Part shown: one piece after another, positions 1 to 11,575 of the stretch
Layout: each line of letters starts with the position of its first letter
Numbering within the stretch: the first letter of the stretch is position 1
Origin: Octopus sinensis
Taxonomy: Eukaryota
Length of the DNA: 64,000 nucleotides
Direction: 5' to 3'
Assembly (NCBI RefSeq): GCF_006345805.1
Contig: NW_021833239.1
Span: 15,972 to 79,971, forward strand
Made by a program: the position numbers and the translations under genes
Notes under the pieces: generated by a model
Seen by the model: only the letters and a program-made list of their open reading frames with translations
What the model was told of the DNA's origin: nothing
Database searches by the model: none

Positions 1-19
1 ATATATACACACACACACG

Positions 20-71
<52 letters not shown>

Positions 72-117
72 TACATACACACACACACATATATATATAT
101 ATACATACATACATACA

Positions 118-149
<32 letters not shown>

Positions 150-154
150 CATAC

Positions 155-221
<67 letters not shown>

Positions 222-239
222 AAATAGTAAAAAGTGAAA

Positions 240-640
240 AGAACTACAGAAGGCTTGTTTTAAAAGGTTAAAAAAATATATATTTGAGTCAATATGTCTG
301 AAGAATGTTATAAATTTTTTTCATACAATGACATAGTTTAGAAGAAATGACCGGTTTCGCGTTCAGCTTTTCAAATTTCTTAAATCGTTATGTTTACGTT
401 GAGCGGAGATTTAGATAAGGGGAGGTAATAAGTGATTTCTTCCGGTGCAAGGGAGATAATCGCTTAAAATTATTTGCCTTTCTTTTGGACTGAGTTTCTC
501 TGTATAAGTATGTTGGAATGGTTAAGTTTGGGCTTGTATTTTTCAATGAAGAATGTTTCCTTGTTTAGTCTAATTTGTGTTGGTGTTCCGATAGCACATT
601 GGTAGAATGGAAAGATTAAAAATTGTGGTAGTAGTTGCTT
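240..640 (-). mobile_element. Penelope-like element 3' remnant (GIY-YIG C-terminus)
   Basis: Minus-strand translation includes ..QIRLNKETFFIEKYKPKLN, similar to the end of ORF 5964-6494. Confidence 0.5.
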
Positions 641-658
641 TGCGCACCAACTTTCTCA

Positions 659-697
<39 letters not shown>

Positions 698-1616
698 TGA
701 TATTCACGTCGTTGAATTTTTGAATTTCTGAATTCAATAGTGTTGTTGCAATAAAAGGCGTGTTTATGTATTTGGGTATTATATTAAAGTTTTAAAGTTT
801 TCTTGCGATGTTCGTTTGTCTGTCCAGTTGGCGAATACAGTAGCACTTTTTCAATGAAAAGGATGTTTACATTTTCGAATACTAAGGGAGAGTCAAAAAG
901 ACATGAAAACTACATAGTTATTCATAGTTTTAGCAATAAGCATTCACCCATTGTGGCCTAGAGAACATTACTGCTCTCATTGTTACCCTTCCTACAGAAG
1001 AAAAAAAAAATTAAAAAATAAGATATAAACATATGGCTAAAGTCAAAAACAAAACAGACGGATAACTTCAGTTTCAGGTAAGACAAAAAGATGTCCTCGG
1101 AAACATTAACATGAAACTCTATCGAGAAGAAAAGCACGCGCGCGCACAAATGTACACTTCGTATACAGTGAAACACGCTCACATATACATACATATAGGT
1201 GTGCATACAAACATGCATATGTGTGTCTGTCTGTGTGTATATGCATAGGTGTGCATGCATGTGTGTATGTATGTGTGTGTGTATGTATGTGTGTGTGTAT
1301 GTATGTGTGTGTGTGTGTGTATTCATGGGACTGCTCGATCAGTATTAACCAAGAAGTTAAACAACTATCATAGCTTGTATATGTATATTATATGGGGTAT
1401 TGTCACATTATGGCTATTGAGTAACTCATAGTCTACGTTAGGTAATCATAGCTTACTAGTCCTATGTTCATCGGAATACTCGACATCAGAATAGCAAGAC
1501 TACATGAAGGTACATCAACGAGATGAGGTCGCGTGACTTGCTTGCAAAAACAGCCTATATTTTTTCCGATCATACATTACAGTTTTTAAAAAGAGAAACA
1601 GCATATTGTATAATAT

Positions 1617-2725
1617 TGTTGTGGTTCAACTTAAGGACAGAGCTGGCGACCTACTTTGCTTGGCTTGGAGACTGAAAGTCTACAATGCAAAGTTATAGTC
1701 CTTTGTTTTAGAAAGGGTAATGAGCTTTTAGGGGACATTTGGGATTTGTGCCAGTCAGGGAAAGTTCGTTGTAAACACCCCTTAAAAGGGAGGAAGTCTG
1801 AGCTGTAAAGGCAGTCGGCATTTGGGATTCAGGGCAAGCAGTTAGCAGTTTGGATTTAGCAGTGGCTGTTCTGCTGGTGACAGTGTACTGAGAGATGACA
1901 GGAAGACAGTCATGAGAGAGTGAACAGTTGGGATTGTACAGCGAGTTAGTAATGGTTTGTTCTGCTGTGACAGAGAGAGATATACAGAGGATTAGGCAGC
2001 TAATAGAGATAGACTACAATGTGAGGCATTGGCTGATGTAACGGTATGTGTTAATTGTATGTTTTGATATGTGAAGAAAAAGAAAGAAAAAGAATCGATG
2101 TATTGAAATGTAAAAGAAATGAACATTGTTTATGTTGTTGATGGTTATAAAGAAAAGGCTAAAGAGAACTGTGTAAAGACATTGTGTACAGAGTTGTTGA
2201 AAAGAATTTAATGAACATTGAACGTATATGTGTTAATTGTCCTCTGAACTGTAACGTTAATGTGATTTGAAACAGAACTGTTGTCTCCGGACTGTATATT
2301 GCATCAATCTGAACCGTTATTGTACCCGAATGCTGTGATCTGTTGTATACCTGTATTGATTTGTTGTTTTCTTTAAATGCTGTTGTTATATTGCTTTGAT
2401 GTGTTGTTTCTTGCATGTATTTCGTCTTTGATGTACCTGATATGTATCTAAATGTATTTGATGCTGTAACAATTATAAAGTGTTATAAACTAGTAGGTTA
2501 AATGTAAGCCGATTGCCTTCCGCTGTATTTCTTTGTGCCTCTGTGTCTCTTCCTGCTGTTGTTGTTGTTGTTGTTGTTGTCTCTCTCCTCTCTGTGTTCC
2601 GTGGCGAACTCTTTCCGATCGATCGGGCCTGGTCAATCGTCGTCGCTCGACTTGTCGGGATCCCGGGTTCGATTTCGAGCGACGGCAGGTGGGATTCCGT
2701 AGCAACTTTCGGGGGTCCCGTAACA
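1617..2725 (-). mobile_element. Solo LTR (TG..CA) with ATAT target-site duplication
   Basis: Ends tgttacggg / cacaaca on the minus strand; the paralogous site near 40456 is empty with a single ATAT; same family as 48620-49627. Confidence 0.8.
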
Positions 2726-2935
2726 ATATGATAGTAATTCTTTTTTTTTAATCTGATTCAGTTTTTTAATTGCGATCATATCTGGGTGATGTGAGGGTTA
2801 TCATAGCTGTCATGTACTAAACAAACTACAATGACAACAGCAACACTGTAGACAACTGCAACAAAAGCATCAACTATAATTTTGTAGCTTATGAGTCATA
2901 CTTCCACATTCGTACCCACCGAATTTGTTTGTTTT

Positions 2936-3503
2936 ATAACTTCCAGAAAAATAGATATTTTTCAATGAAATGTGCTACAAATACGCTTCAGAAGACGTAG
3001 ATTATATTAGAACTTGTGCTCAAGATATAGTTCTAAGGTTGGAGTAGGAGTTTCGGAAACTTCTCCCGAGTCGATCTGTTTCCTCATAACCTTCGGAAAA
3101 ATGAATATTTTTAAAGAAAATCTTCTGCAAATGCCTAAAGTTAATATGAAAAAGAAAATTTCTTTCCAAATTTCCAGTTATGAGGTTTGTCATTATGTCA
3201 ATATGAAGTTTGTTATTATGTACGTGTATGAGGCCACCAATTTTGTATTTCATATTAAATTCCTATAAAACCGCAATCTAAACACTCTGAAAGGCATTTG
3301 AATAGAATTTCATTAAGAAGTACCTATTTTTCTAAAAGTTATGAGGAAAAACAGTGGACTTGTGTGAATTTTCCGAGATTCCTCTTCCAACCTACGAAAA
3401 TGTTTTTTTTTTTTACAATAAATTCTGATATAATCGAAATCTACATCATCTGAAGCGTATTTGTTGAAGATTTCATACAAAAACATATTTTTCTGGAAGT
3501 TAT
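2936..3503. mobile_element. MITE/foldback element with ~80-bp imperfect TIRs
   Basis: ataacttccagaaaaata..aaatacgcttcaga at the left end is the reverse complement of the right end. Confidence 0.6.
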
Positions 3504-4060
3504 GAGGCAACAAAGTCGGCGGGAAGCACATGTGGAGGTATGCTGCTTATGGTTAGTATATTATGGATTTTTATTCATTTATTCTTATACTCGTTTCAGT
3601 CATTTTGACTGTGGGCAAGCTGAAGCACCGCCTTTAGTCGAACAAATCGTCCCCAGAACTTACTTTTTGTAAGCCTAGTACTTATTCTATCGGTTTCATT
3701 TGCCGAACCGCTAGGTTACGGGGACGTAAACATACTGACATCGGTGGTCAAGTGATGGTGGTGGACAAACACAGACACATAAATATATACATACATATAT
3801 ATAAATATATAATATATATATAATATTATATATATATATAAATAAGGATAATATCGATATTATCAAGTGGCCAGCATGGGAATAAATACCATACAAAGGT
3901 AATAATTTTTTTACAACTATAAATAAGACACAACTTATTTATAGTTGTAAAAAATTATGTATATACTAAGTTTTTGTTTAAATTGATAGAGTTCCCTTCA
4001 TCATATACGCAGTCATCACATTCTGTGAAAATGTCTTATTGATGTGTTGGGTTTCTTTCA

Positions 4061-4146
4061 TTCCCTGATGAGAAGATTGCATTGTTTTACATAGTTTTAT
4101 TCCTTCTGGAATAATACCAATGTTTACTTCGAAATATATGTCAGAA
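4061..4146 (+). ncRNA. Decayed paralog of the 37314-37399 hammerhead
   Basis: TTCC-CTGATGA-GAAG..CTTC-GAAA-T-ATAT-GTC-AGAA; a mismatch in stem I and a wobble in stem III. Confidence 0.55.
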
Positions 4147-4183
4147 GTAAAAATATTTGAATAACAACTTTGTTTAACTCCAT

Positions 4184-4233
<50 letters not shown>

Positions 4234-4491
4234 GTCTATCTATCTATCTATCTCTCTATCTATCTATCTATCTATCTATCTATATATATATATATATATG
4301 TCTGTCTGTCTGTCTGTCTGACTGCCTGTCTATCTATCTATCTAGCTAGCTATATATATATATATATATATATATAAATTCAGAGTGAATACTTGATAAA
4401 TGTAAGCACCTGTATATGCCAGCTAGTAGCATAGGTGAGAGGATATATGTATCAAATGAAATAAAATGAAAAACAGGACACAAAGGATGTC

Positions 4492-4584
4492 GCGGTACAT
4501 ATGTTCCGAGCTTTATAGAACAACTTATTCTTACATCAATGCGTAATCGACATAACAGATAGTTCAAAAGCCCTCTTCAGCCGC
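4492..4584 (-). ncRNA. Inverted twin hammerhead ribozyme (core GAAA->GGAA)
   Basis: Left arm of the palindrome; GCGG-CTGAAGA-GGGCTTT..AAAGCTC-GGAA-C-ATAT-GTA-CCGC. Confidence 0.6.
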
Positions 4585-4671
4585 ATGCAATTGCTACACC
4601 AAAGAATTGTATCACAAACCTTTCTCAAACCCTTCATAATGTGATACAAGTCTTTGGTGTAGCAATTGCAT

Positions 4672-4764
4672 GCGGCTGAAGAGGGTTTTTGAACTATCTG
4701 TTATGTCGATTACGCATTGATGTAAGAATAAGTTGTTCTATAAAGCTCGAAACATGTGTACCGC
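4672..4764 (+). ncRNA. Type I hammerhead ribozyme, intact core, long stem II
   Basis: GCGG-CTGAAGA-[GGGTTTT..AAAGCTC]-GAAA-C-ATGT-G-T-A-CCGC: stem I GCGG/CCGC, CUGANGA and GAA core, A15.1-U16.1, GUA cleavage triplet. Confidence 0.75.
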
Positions 4765-5389
4765 GACATCCTTTGTGTCCTGTTTTTCATTTTATTTCAT
4801 TTGATATATACTCTTTTACTCTTTTACTTGTTTCAGATATATATATATATATTATATATATATATATTTATAATAAGATTAGCTCGTATACGAGTGGGTA
4901 TATATTTGTAAAAATTGAAGTTTGAAAATGCTGCTATATTAGACAAATTTTAATTTTTATATATACATTATTTATTTAACATGTTTCGGTTCTTGAAATG
5001 ACGAACCTTATCAAAAAAAATTATATATAAAAAAGATAGTTCATGCTATCAAATATAAAAAATTTCATACATAATATTCAATAGAGTCAAACATAAAAAA
5101 TTCATATATAGTAAAGCGAGTCCATGCTATATGTTTAAAGAGTATGATGTAGTAGTTCATAGTGGTGATATGCATTCAATAGAGTCAAATATAAAAGATT
5201 CATGTTCTTGAAAAAGCGAGGAATTCATTTTAGATTTTACCTTGTGTTCCAATGGGAGCAACTGTAATGATTTTTGGTTGGTGTCTGTTCGTATAGTTTT
5301 GGTGAATTTGGTTTATATCAGCTCAGCTTAGCTGTCTCACTTGCATTTTTCACTGACGTCATATAGTTCCCAACCAATCAAAACTCAGT

Positions 5390-5830
5390 CTCAACGAATA
5401 TATCCTGTTAGGAAACCAACCAAGCAGAACGACAGTTTGGCCACGGAAGAAATACGTCATCCTTGTTTTTGACGGATTGAAATTAGATCTGATCCATGAC
5501 TGTATCCTGTTAGGTGGCTAGTCAAGCGGAAAGAGACGTCATCAATGTTTTGACCAATCATCCCGTTAGGTGGCTAGTCCAGCAGAACGAGACGTCATCA
5601 ATGTTTTGACCAATCAGAATCGGGTCTGACCTATAGCTGTATTAGATCTGACCCATGACTGTATCCTGTTAGGTGGCTAGTCCAGCAGAACGAGACGTCA
5701 TCAATGTTTTAACCAATCAGAATCGGGTCTGACCCTTAGCTGTATCGTGTGTGGAAACCGACCAAGCAGGGTGACAATAGCTTGCCCACTGAGGTAATAC
5801 GTCATCAGTTTCTTGACGAATCAGGATTAG
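5390..5830. repeat. Imperfect ~110-bp tandem repeats rich in CCAAT and CRE-like (gacgtca) motifs
   Basis: ctgtatcctgttaggtggctagtc..gagacgtcatcaatgttttgaccaatca recurs 3-4 times. Confidence 0.75.
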
Positions 5831-6553
5831 ATCTGCTCGTAGAGATCTTTTTATAATTTTTTTCCCTTTCCCTAAGACATATCTCTGTAAGTGTGAGTGA
5901 CTGTTTAAGGCAGCGGCCGTGGTAGAATTTCGCTTCTCCTTTTCGGAGGACCAATGTTTTGTTTTAATATTCCTGGCCCAGGGTGTTCAAACTTGGTCTA
6001 AATTTTTTGATGAAATACAGTTCTTTATTTTGGCGTTGCGTGAAGGTTACGCTGTCACTGAATTTATAAAGCGGGTAAGTTGTAAATTTCGGATTTACAT
6101 TTCCAGCACATCTATCTATGTGTCCGCTGACCGGTATTTTCCGATATTCAGGGTTTCTAATTTGTGATTTATGCACCGCCATCCTGTTACGTAAGCTATT
6201 TTTTGTATGGCCTATATACTGCCTATTGCAGCCTGCGCATGCTAAGACGTAAATTAAGTTTTCTGATGCGCAGGTGAAGTTTGCTCTAATGGTGAACTGA
6301 TGGCCTTGTTCTAGTATAAATTCTGAACCTTCTATCAAGATGACACAGATTCCGCAGTTGGGCCTTCCACATTTTCTAACTGCTGGTTTTGTGGTTGATG
6401 TTGAGTGCAGTTTAGCTTGGGTTAAAATCCTTTTCAAGGATTTTGGTTGCCGTTTACTTTTAATGATGGTGTGTGTTTCGAGGATCCGGTTCATCTTTGG
6501 GTCTCCCTTTAGTAGGGCTGTGCTTTGTAGTATGGTGCTGAAGGCCTCATTGT

Positions 6554-6594
<41 letters not shown>

Positions 6595-6776
6595 CTTCTT
6601 TCAGTTTCTCACAAGATTTTGGTCGGCCTGAGGCTATACTAGAAGACACTTGCCCGAGGTGCCATTCAGTGTGACTGAAACCGGAACCATGTGATTGGGA
6701 AGCAAGCTTCTTACTTACGACTGTATTATATATTAAATGAATATATTAAATAAACAAATAATATTTACTATTGCAG

Positions 6777-6847
6777 GCACAAGTGAGTTCTGTTCCAATC
6801 TACTACAGTATGAAGCATCGAAATTTGCGGTCATATTCCAAGGTCCT
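6777..6847 (+). pseudogene. Inverted, truncated paralog exon 6
   Basis: ttgcag|GCA CAA GTG AGT TCT GTT CCA ATC TAC..AAG GTC CT (AQVSSVPIYYSMKHRNLRSYSKV), then fused to R4/Dong LINE sequence. Confidence 0.85.
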
Positions 6848-7258
6848 TGACAACATTTACGAGCACCTTGACAACAAGACTTTACTGCCAGAAGAACAGA
6901 AAGGTTACAGGAAGAAGGATAGAAGAACGTATGATCCATGAAGCAATTCGAAATGAAATAAAAGCTAGAAAGAACAATAGCATGGAAAGATTACAAGAAA
7001 GCTTATGACATGATCTCACACTCATGGTTAAATGAATGTTTGAGTATATTCAGCAAAGCAAACAACATAAGAGAATTAATTAACTTTAGCATGAAGAAAT
7101 GGAAAGTAGATCTCTACTCAGTTTTAGGAAAGATTAATATCAAGAGAGGAATTTTCCAAGGAGACTCGTTATCCTCTTTAATATTTGTCTTATGTTTGAT
7201 CCTTCTCAGTTTAGTATTAAGGAAGGCAAAGGCAAGGCATCAGTTCAGAAATAGTAAT
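6848..7258 (+). mobile_element. R4/Dong LINE RT fragment (paralogous to 28790-29200)
   Basis: ..AYDMISHSWLNECL..INIKRGIFQGDSLSSLIF. Confidence 0.8.
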
Positions 7259-7752
7259 CTTTATAATGAGACGTGCAAGTGGCTGTTGCCATTCTTATGG
7301 CTTCTTACTCGTTGATGCGTATATTTTGGAAGCATTTTCTCTGTTTCTGCGGGAGTATGAAATTTAAGTTGCCTCTCCTTGCGAGAAGCACATTTATACA
7401 CAACGTAGAAAGTATAATAGATCCTTCAACACAAGATTTTGCATCAAAACTTTGCAAAATACGGAAATAAAAGTTAATCCTTTAATATTTGGTAACCTCT
7501 GTCTAGATAGAAATTGAAGTTGACGAGTTTCTATATTGATGTCTAAGTCACAAAAGCAAAGTCTGAAGGCAATAGTTATTTCCTTTAATTCAAAGATAGA
7601 AGCAAATATGAAACAACACTAACTGACTGAAGACAACAAAAAAAAAGTTTAATTATGTTATACTGTGTAATGATTATTATATAAACTTCACTTTTTTTTC
7701 TCCCGTGTATTGTAGCTTGATTAATTTTTTTATGTTTCTGGTTGACTTTCAG

Positions 7753-7977
7753 CTATCTGCCTCTACCGATATAACAAAGCAAAAGGGAATAAAAAAGACT
7801 GGAAATACAATGCAACCATTGGACTTTGTATTTTTTTTTATTATTTCGGGATTATTTTTTGTCGGTCTATCATTAATTGCCATATTTTTTGAATATCAGA
7901 ATTTTAAAAGTAAATCTTCGTTATGTGAGACTTTTTCAAAGTCCACAGAATTCATTTCCACTGTAACATATCCCTAG
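7753..7977 (+). pseudogene. Inverted paralog terminal exon with +1 frameshift
   Basis: gactttcag|CT ATC TGC CTC TAC; the T run has 9 T versus 8 in the intact copy. Confidence 0.85.
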
Positions 7978-8342
7978 CTGGAAATGATTTCATTTCAATT
8001 TTTATAATATTTTAATCTAGAGAAACTTTCATAGCGATAGACTAAGCACAAGATTCTAAAAGAACACATAACTACTGCGGTCGATTCATTCGTTTAAAAA
8101 TTCCCCAAGTTTGTGCCCCAGAGGGCACGGAGGTGATTCAAACCGAGTGATATTTTTATGAGGAAGGACTCTTTTATGGGGATGGCACTTTTGGGTATAT
8201 TGTATATGCCTGAATATAGGGTGAGGGAGTTTCAAACTCAAAGGCTACCCCGGGTGGCACACACTGTAGCTAGGCCACCATTTCTTAATATATTGAGAAA
8301 ACGAAAGAGGGAGAGTGTGTGTATGAGAGAGAGAGAGAGAGA

Positions 8343-8383
<41 letters not shown>

Positions 8384-9518
8384 AAAGACTATATTATTAG
8401 ACGAGTGTAATTTGCGCAACTGTGTAATTTACGCAGGTGATTTTCGGGATAAAAATTGTTTAAAAAAAAGCTTCTACTCGTGTAAAATTCGCGCCAAAAA
8501 GTTTTCAGAATTGCCGCTTTGGCCAGGGGAAAATGGTTTCCAATTTAGTTGTATTTAGCGTCATTTCACTTACTTATGATTACATTTTATTACATTTTCA
8601 TCAGATAAAATAATTTCTGTTTAACAAGTATCACATTAAAAGCTATTAAATTACAAAGTTTGTTTGACATTTTGTAAGTGTGAAAGGGATTAAAATTTCG
8701 ATACTCCGTATCAAATGTTCCGACATAAACTTTATTTTACATTTCTTGCTCACAAAAATTATGTCCCATCTTTAGCATAATGTTGTATGTCCTCCTAAAT
8801 CACGATTACAGAAGTTGATGATAAGAATTATCAATAAAAACAAAGATGATAAATACGCACAGGTGTTGCAAATTAAATTTAATTACCAATAAACGTCAGC
8901 TTGGATGACACTTTATTCAACTGACAAATGAAGATGATCGACTAAACTGATTATGTAAACAGAATTCTGATTGGACGAAAGTGTCTTCTTGTCTCAAGCT
9001 CTGATTTTCCGCCTATTCTTGTCGGAACATTTGATACGGAGTATCGAAATTTTAATCCCTTTCACACTTACAAAATGTCAAACAAACTTTAAAATTTGTC
9101 ATAACCGTTTTAGCCGGAAGACCAAACTCTCAGTTTGGTAACCCGCTAAAATAAACATTACAAATCGAAAATAAACAGCTTTGCAAATTTAATTCAATGT
9201 TTATTAAAGAAGAAAGGTGGGAAATTTAAGAAGCGACTTGTATGTACATGTAAACATGTGTTTATGTATTGATGTGTGTGTCTCTTCATGTTGTATGTAT
9301 ATCTGTTATTCTGTCGAAGGTTATATATATATATATATATGTTCCTTTCAACACCTAACGGTGAATAAATATATCTTAGATACATACATGCAAATATAAA
9401 CCTACCTATACATATGTGCAAGCACACACGATCATATAAACACATATACACACACATATATACGTATAATCTTACAGTCTACACATATATAAGTTTATCC
9501 ATCTACACACACACACGC

Positions 9519-9632
<114 letters not shown>

Positions 9633-9709
9633 GTCTCTATTTTCACAGGCAACGGTTAAACTCAAATACATTTTTTATTTTGCATTTTACATAGACATAG
9701 ACATAAATA

Positions 9710-9740
<31 letters not shown>

Positions 9741-9789
9741 TCACATACCCATACGTACATTCATGTACACACTCATACACAAACATACT

Positions 9790-11110
9790 CACGTATGAGT
9801 ACTCACTTGCGTACACACACCTATCTCTTCCTTTGACTCAGATTTCTCTGACTCCGAAATTTCATTGCCAGGATATATCAGAATAATAATAAAGAGCATA
9901 TATATTAGAGATGTAAAGTAGTCAGATTGGAAAACACTATTTGCATTGCGACATACATACCAACGACAAAGATAGCTTTTGACTATTTCTTTGATGCGAA
10001 ACATGGAGATTGCGATTCCAAAGCTAAGTCGTGTGGTTTTAGACACAGATGTAAGCAAATCATTCAATGCGTTTGGATAGAAAAGGCACGGAGTTAAAAT
10101 AACTTCCCATTTTGATGAATAGCTGTCGGCACGTGCTATTCGATTCTAGGAAGATGTGTGCATTTTTTAGAACAATTCCTGGCTGCTTAGAGATAACAAC
10201 GGATCGGAGATAACGGGTTTAATACCAACTCGATAGCTTTTCACAGTTGTTGGCAGTAGAGGAACGATAACAGTATATAAGAAACGGTTAGAGATGCGTA
10301 ACACTATGAGGATTAAATCTGGTTTGAATGTTCATCTCAGTGAGCTTTATGGGTATGTGTCATACACTTCGTAGACGTTTACCATGACGCTGAAAACTGG
10401 GAACATTCTCTGATGCGTTGACTGACAAGGTGTGGTGTTACAGAGGAAAGACACAAGCAAAGGAAATATCGTGGACAGCATCTGATCCATAGCTCTGCTG
10501 CATGTAGAGTTTTGAGAGTTAGTGCAGGGCAGTGCTCGCGAAGAGACTGACGCTTGTCGTACTTGGTGTAGCTAGAAGCGCACAGACTTGTGCTATTTCC
10601 ATCAGATTTATTCACAACCACCTCCACCTCATGCCAGTCATCGTTGCGAAGTTGGCTAAAATAAAACTTGCTCTAGTGGGGCTCAAATCCCTTGGCATCA
10701 ATTCAAAGCTTTCGATAACACTTAGTGGCTCTTCTCAGTGTAGCTGGTTTTGGTGCCGTTTCGGAGGTTCATGGCCACCAGTCTGATCCATTTGGAATCA
10801 TACGCTCAGAGCGTGAGGTATCTACATTCAGAGCGTAAGGTGTCTACACTATAGAGGTTCTTGGACAGTGAACAGCTGTTGCTAGAATTCGTTGGGCATG
10901 TCTTTCCACAATTAATTTCTTTCATTGATCTGCTGTCTGGATCAAGTGAAGGTCAATATTGGGCATTTGTCGCTATCAGGAACGGACAGCTTTCTACCAA
11001 TCAAGCAAATGGTGATACGTCTGCTATTTCATGCCATAGATTCTACAAATCGACATTATTCGAGCCATCCAGGGTGGATAAGCACTTTTCTCAAAATCTA
11101 GTCTAGCATT
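9790..11110 (+). mobile_element. Degenerate Tx1/L1-clade RT fragment
   Basis: LAKRLTLVVLGVARSAQTCAISIRFIHNHLHLM resembles Tx1-type RT; paralog at 43480-45050. Confidence 0.65.
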
Positions 11111-11482
11111 GCCATTTCAGAATAAAGTCTAAAAAGAAATGCTGCCAACCGAAACTGCCTGAAATGTGCACAGAAAAAGGAAACCGTACAATAAACACTA
11201 GATCTGTATCCGAGCATTGTATAATTATATTGAGTAGTGTCGAATTTTTGTGCAGTAATTACGTTGACGCTGATTTCTTATGGAATTATGTTGAATAGGT
11301 GTTGTCTTAGAGGAATCTAGCTATGTACCAAATCGAAGTACTAATGTTGTATTTTAAGCTCCTGTTCTTTTATTTCTGATAACCTGACAAGTTTGAGAAA
11401 ATTTGCTAAAACAATTATTTTGATTAACGAAAGGAAAAGAATTGAACAATGTTAGTGAGCATATAAGAAGTGGAGAACTTAC

Positions 11483-11575
11483 GGCGTTTTGACTGGACTA
11501 GAAGATGAATGTGTTTGTGTATATTTCACAAAAACCAATAAGCTGACATACAGAAATGCTGCAGTACCGACAGTA
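11483..11575 (-). pseudogene. Paralog exon 4 (intact, nearly identical to 45405-45497)
   Basis: 2 differences in 93 nt; both splice sites intact. Confidence 0.85.

Larger units (their letters stand above)
4380..6560 (-). mobile_element. Penelope-like element block inserted in a (TA)n tract: GIY-YIG ORF, tandem repeats, hammerhead palindrome
   Basis: ORF 5964-6494 has CGRPNCGIC..NLIYVLAC..QYIGHT..LRNRM..H (GIY-YIG); block absent from the paralogous TA tract at ~37000-37140. Confidence 0.75.

Noticed and set aside
5390-5830. CRISPR-like repeat-spacer pattern (also 12355-12420 and 34145-34282)
   Set aside because: Eukaryotic context; tandem units without unique spacers; no cas genes
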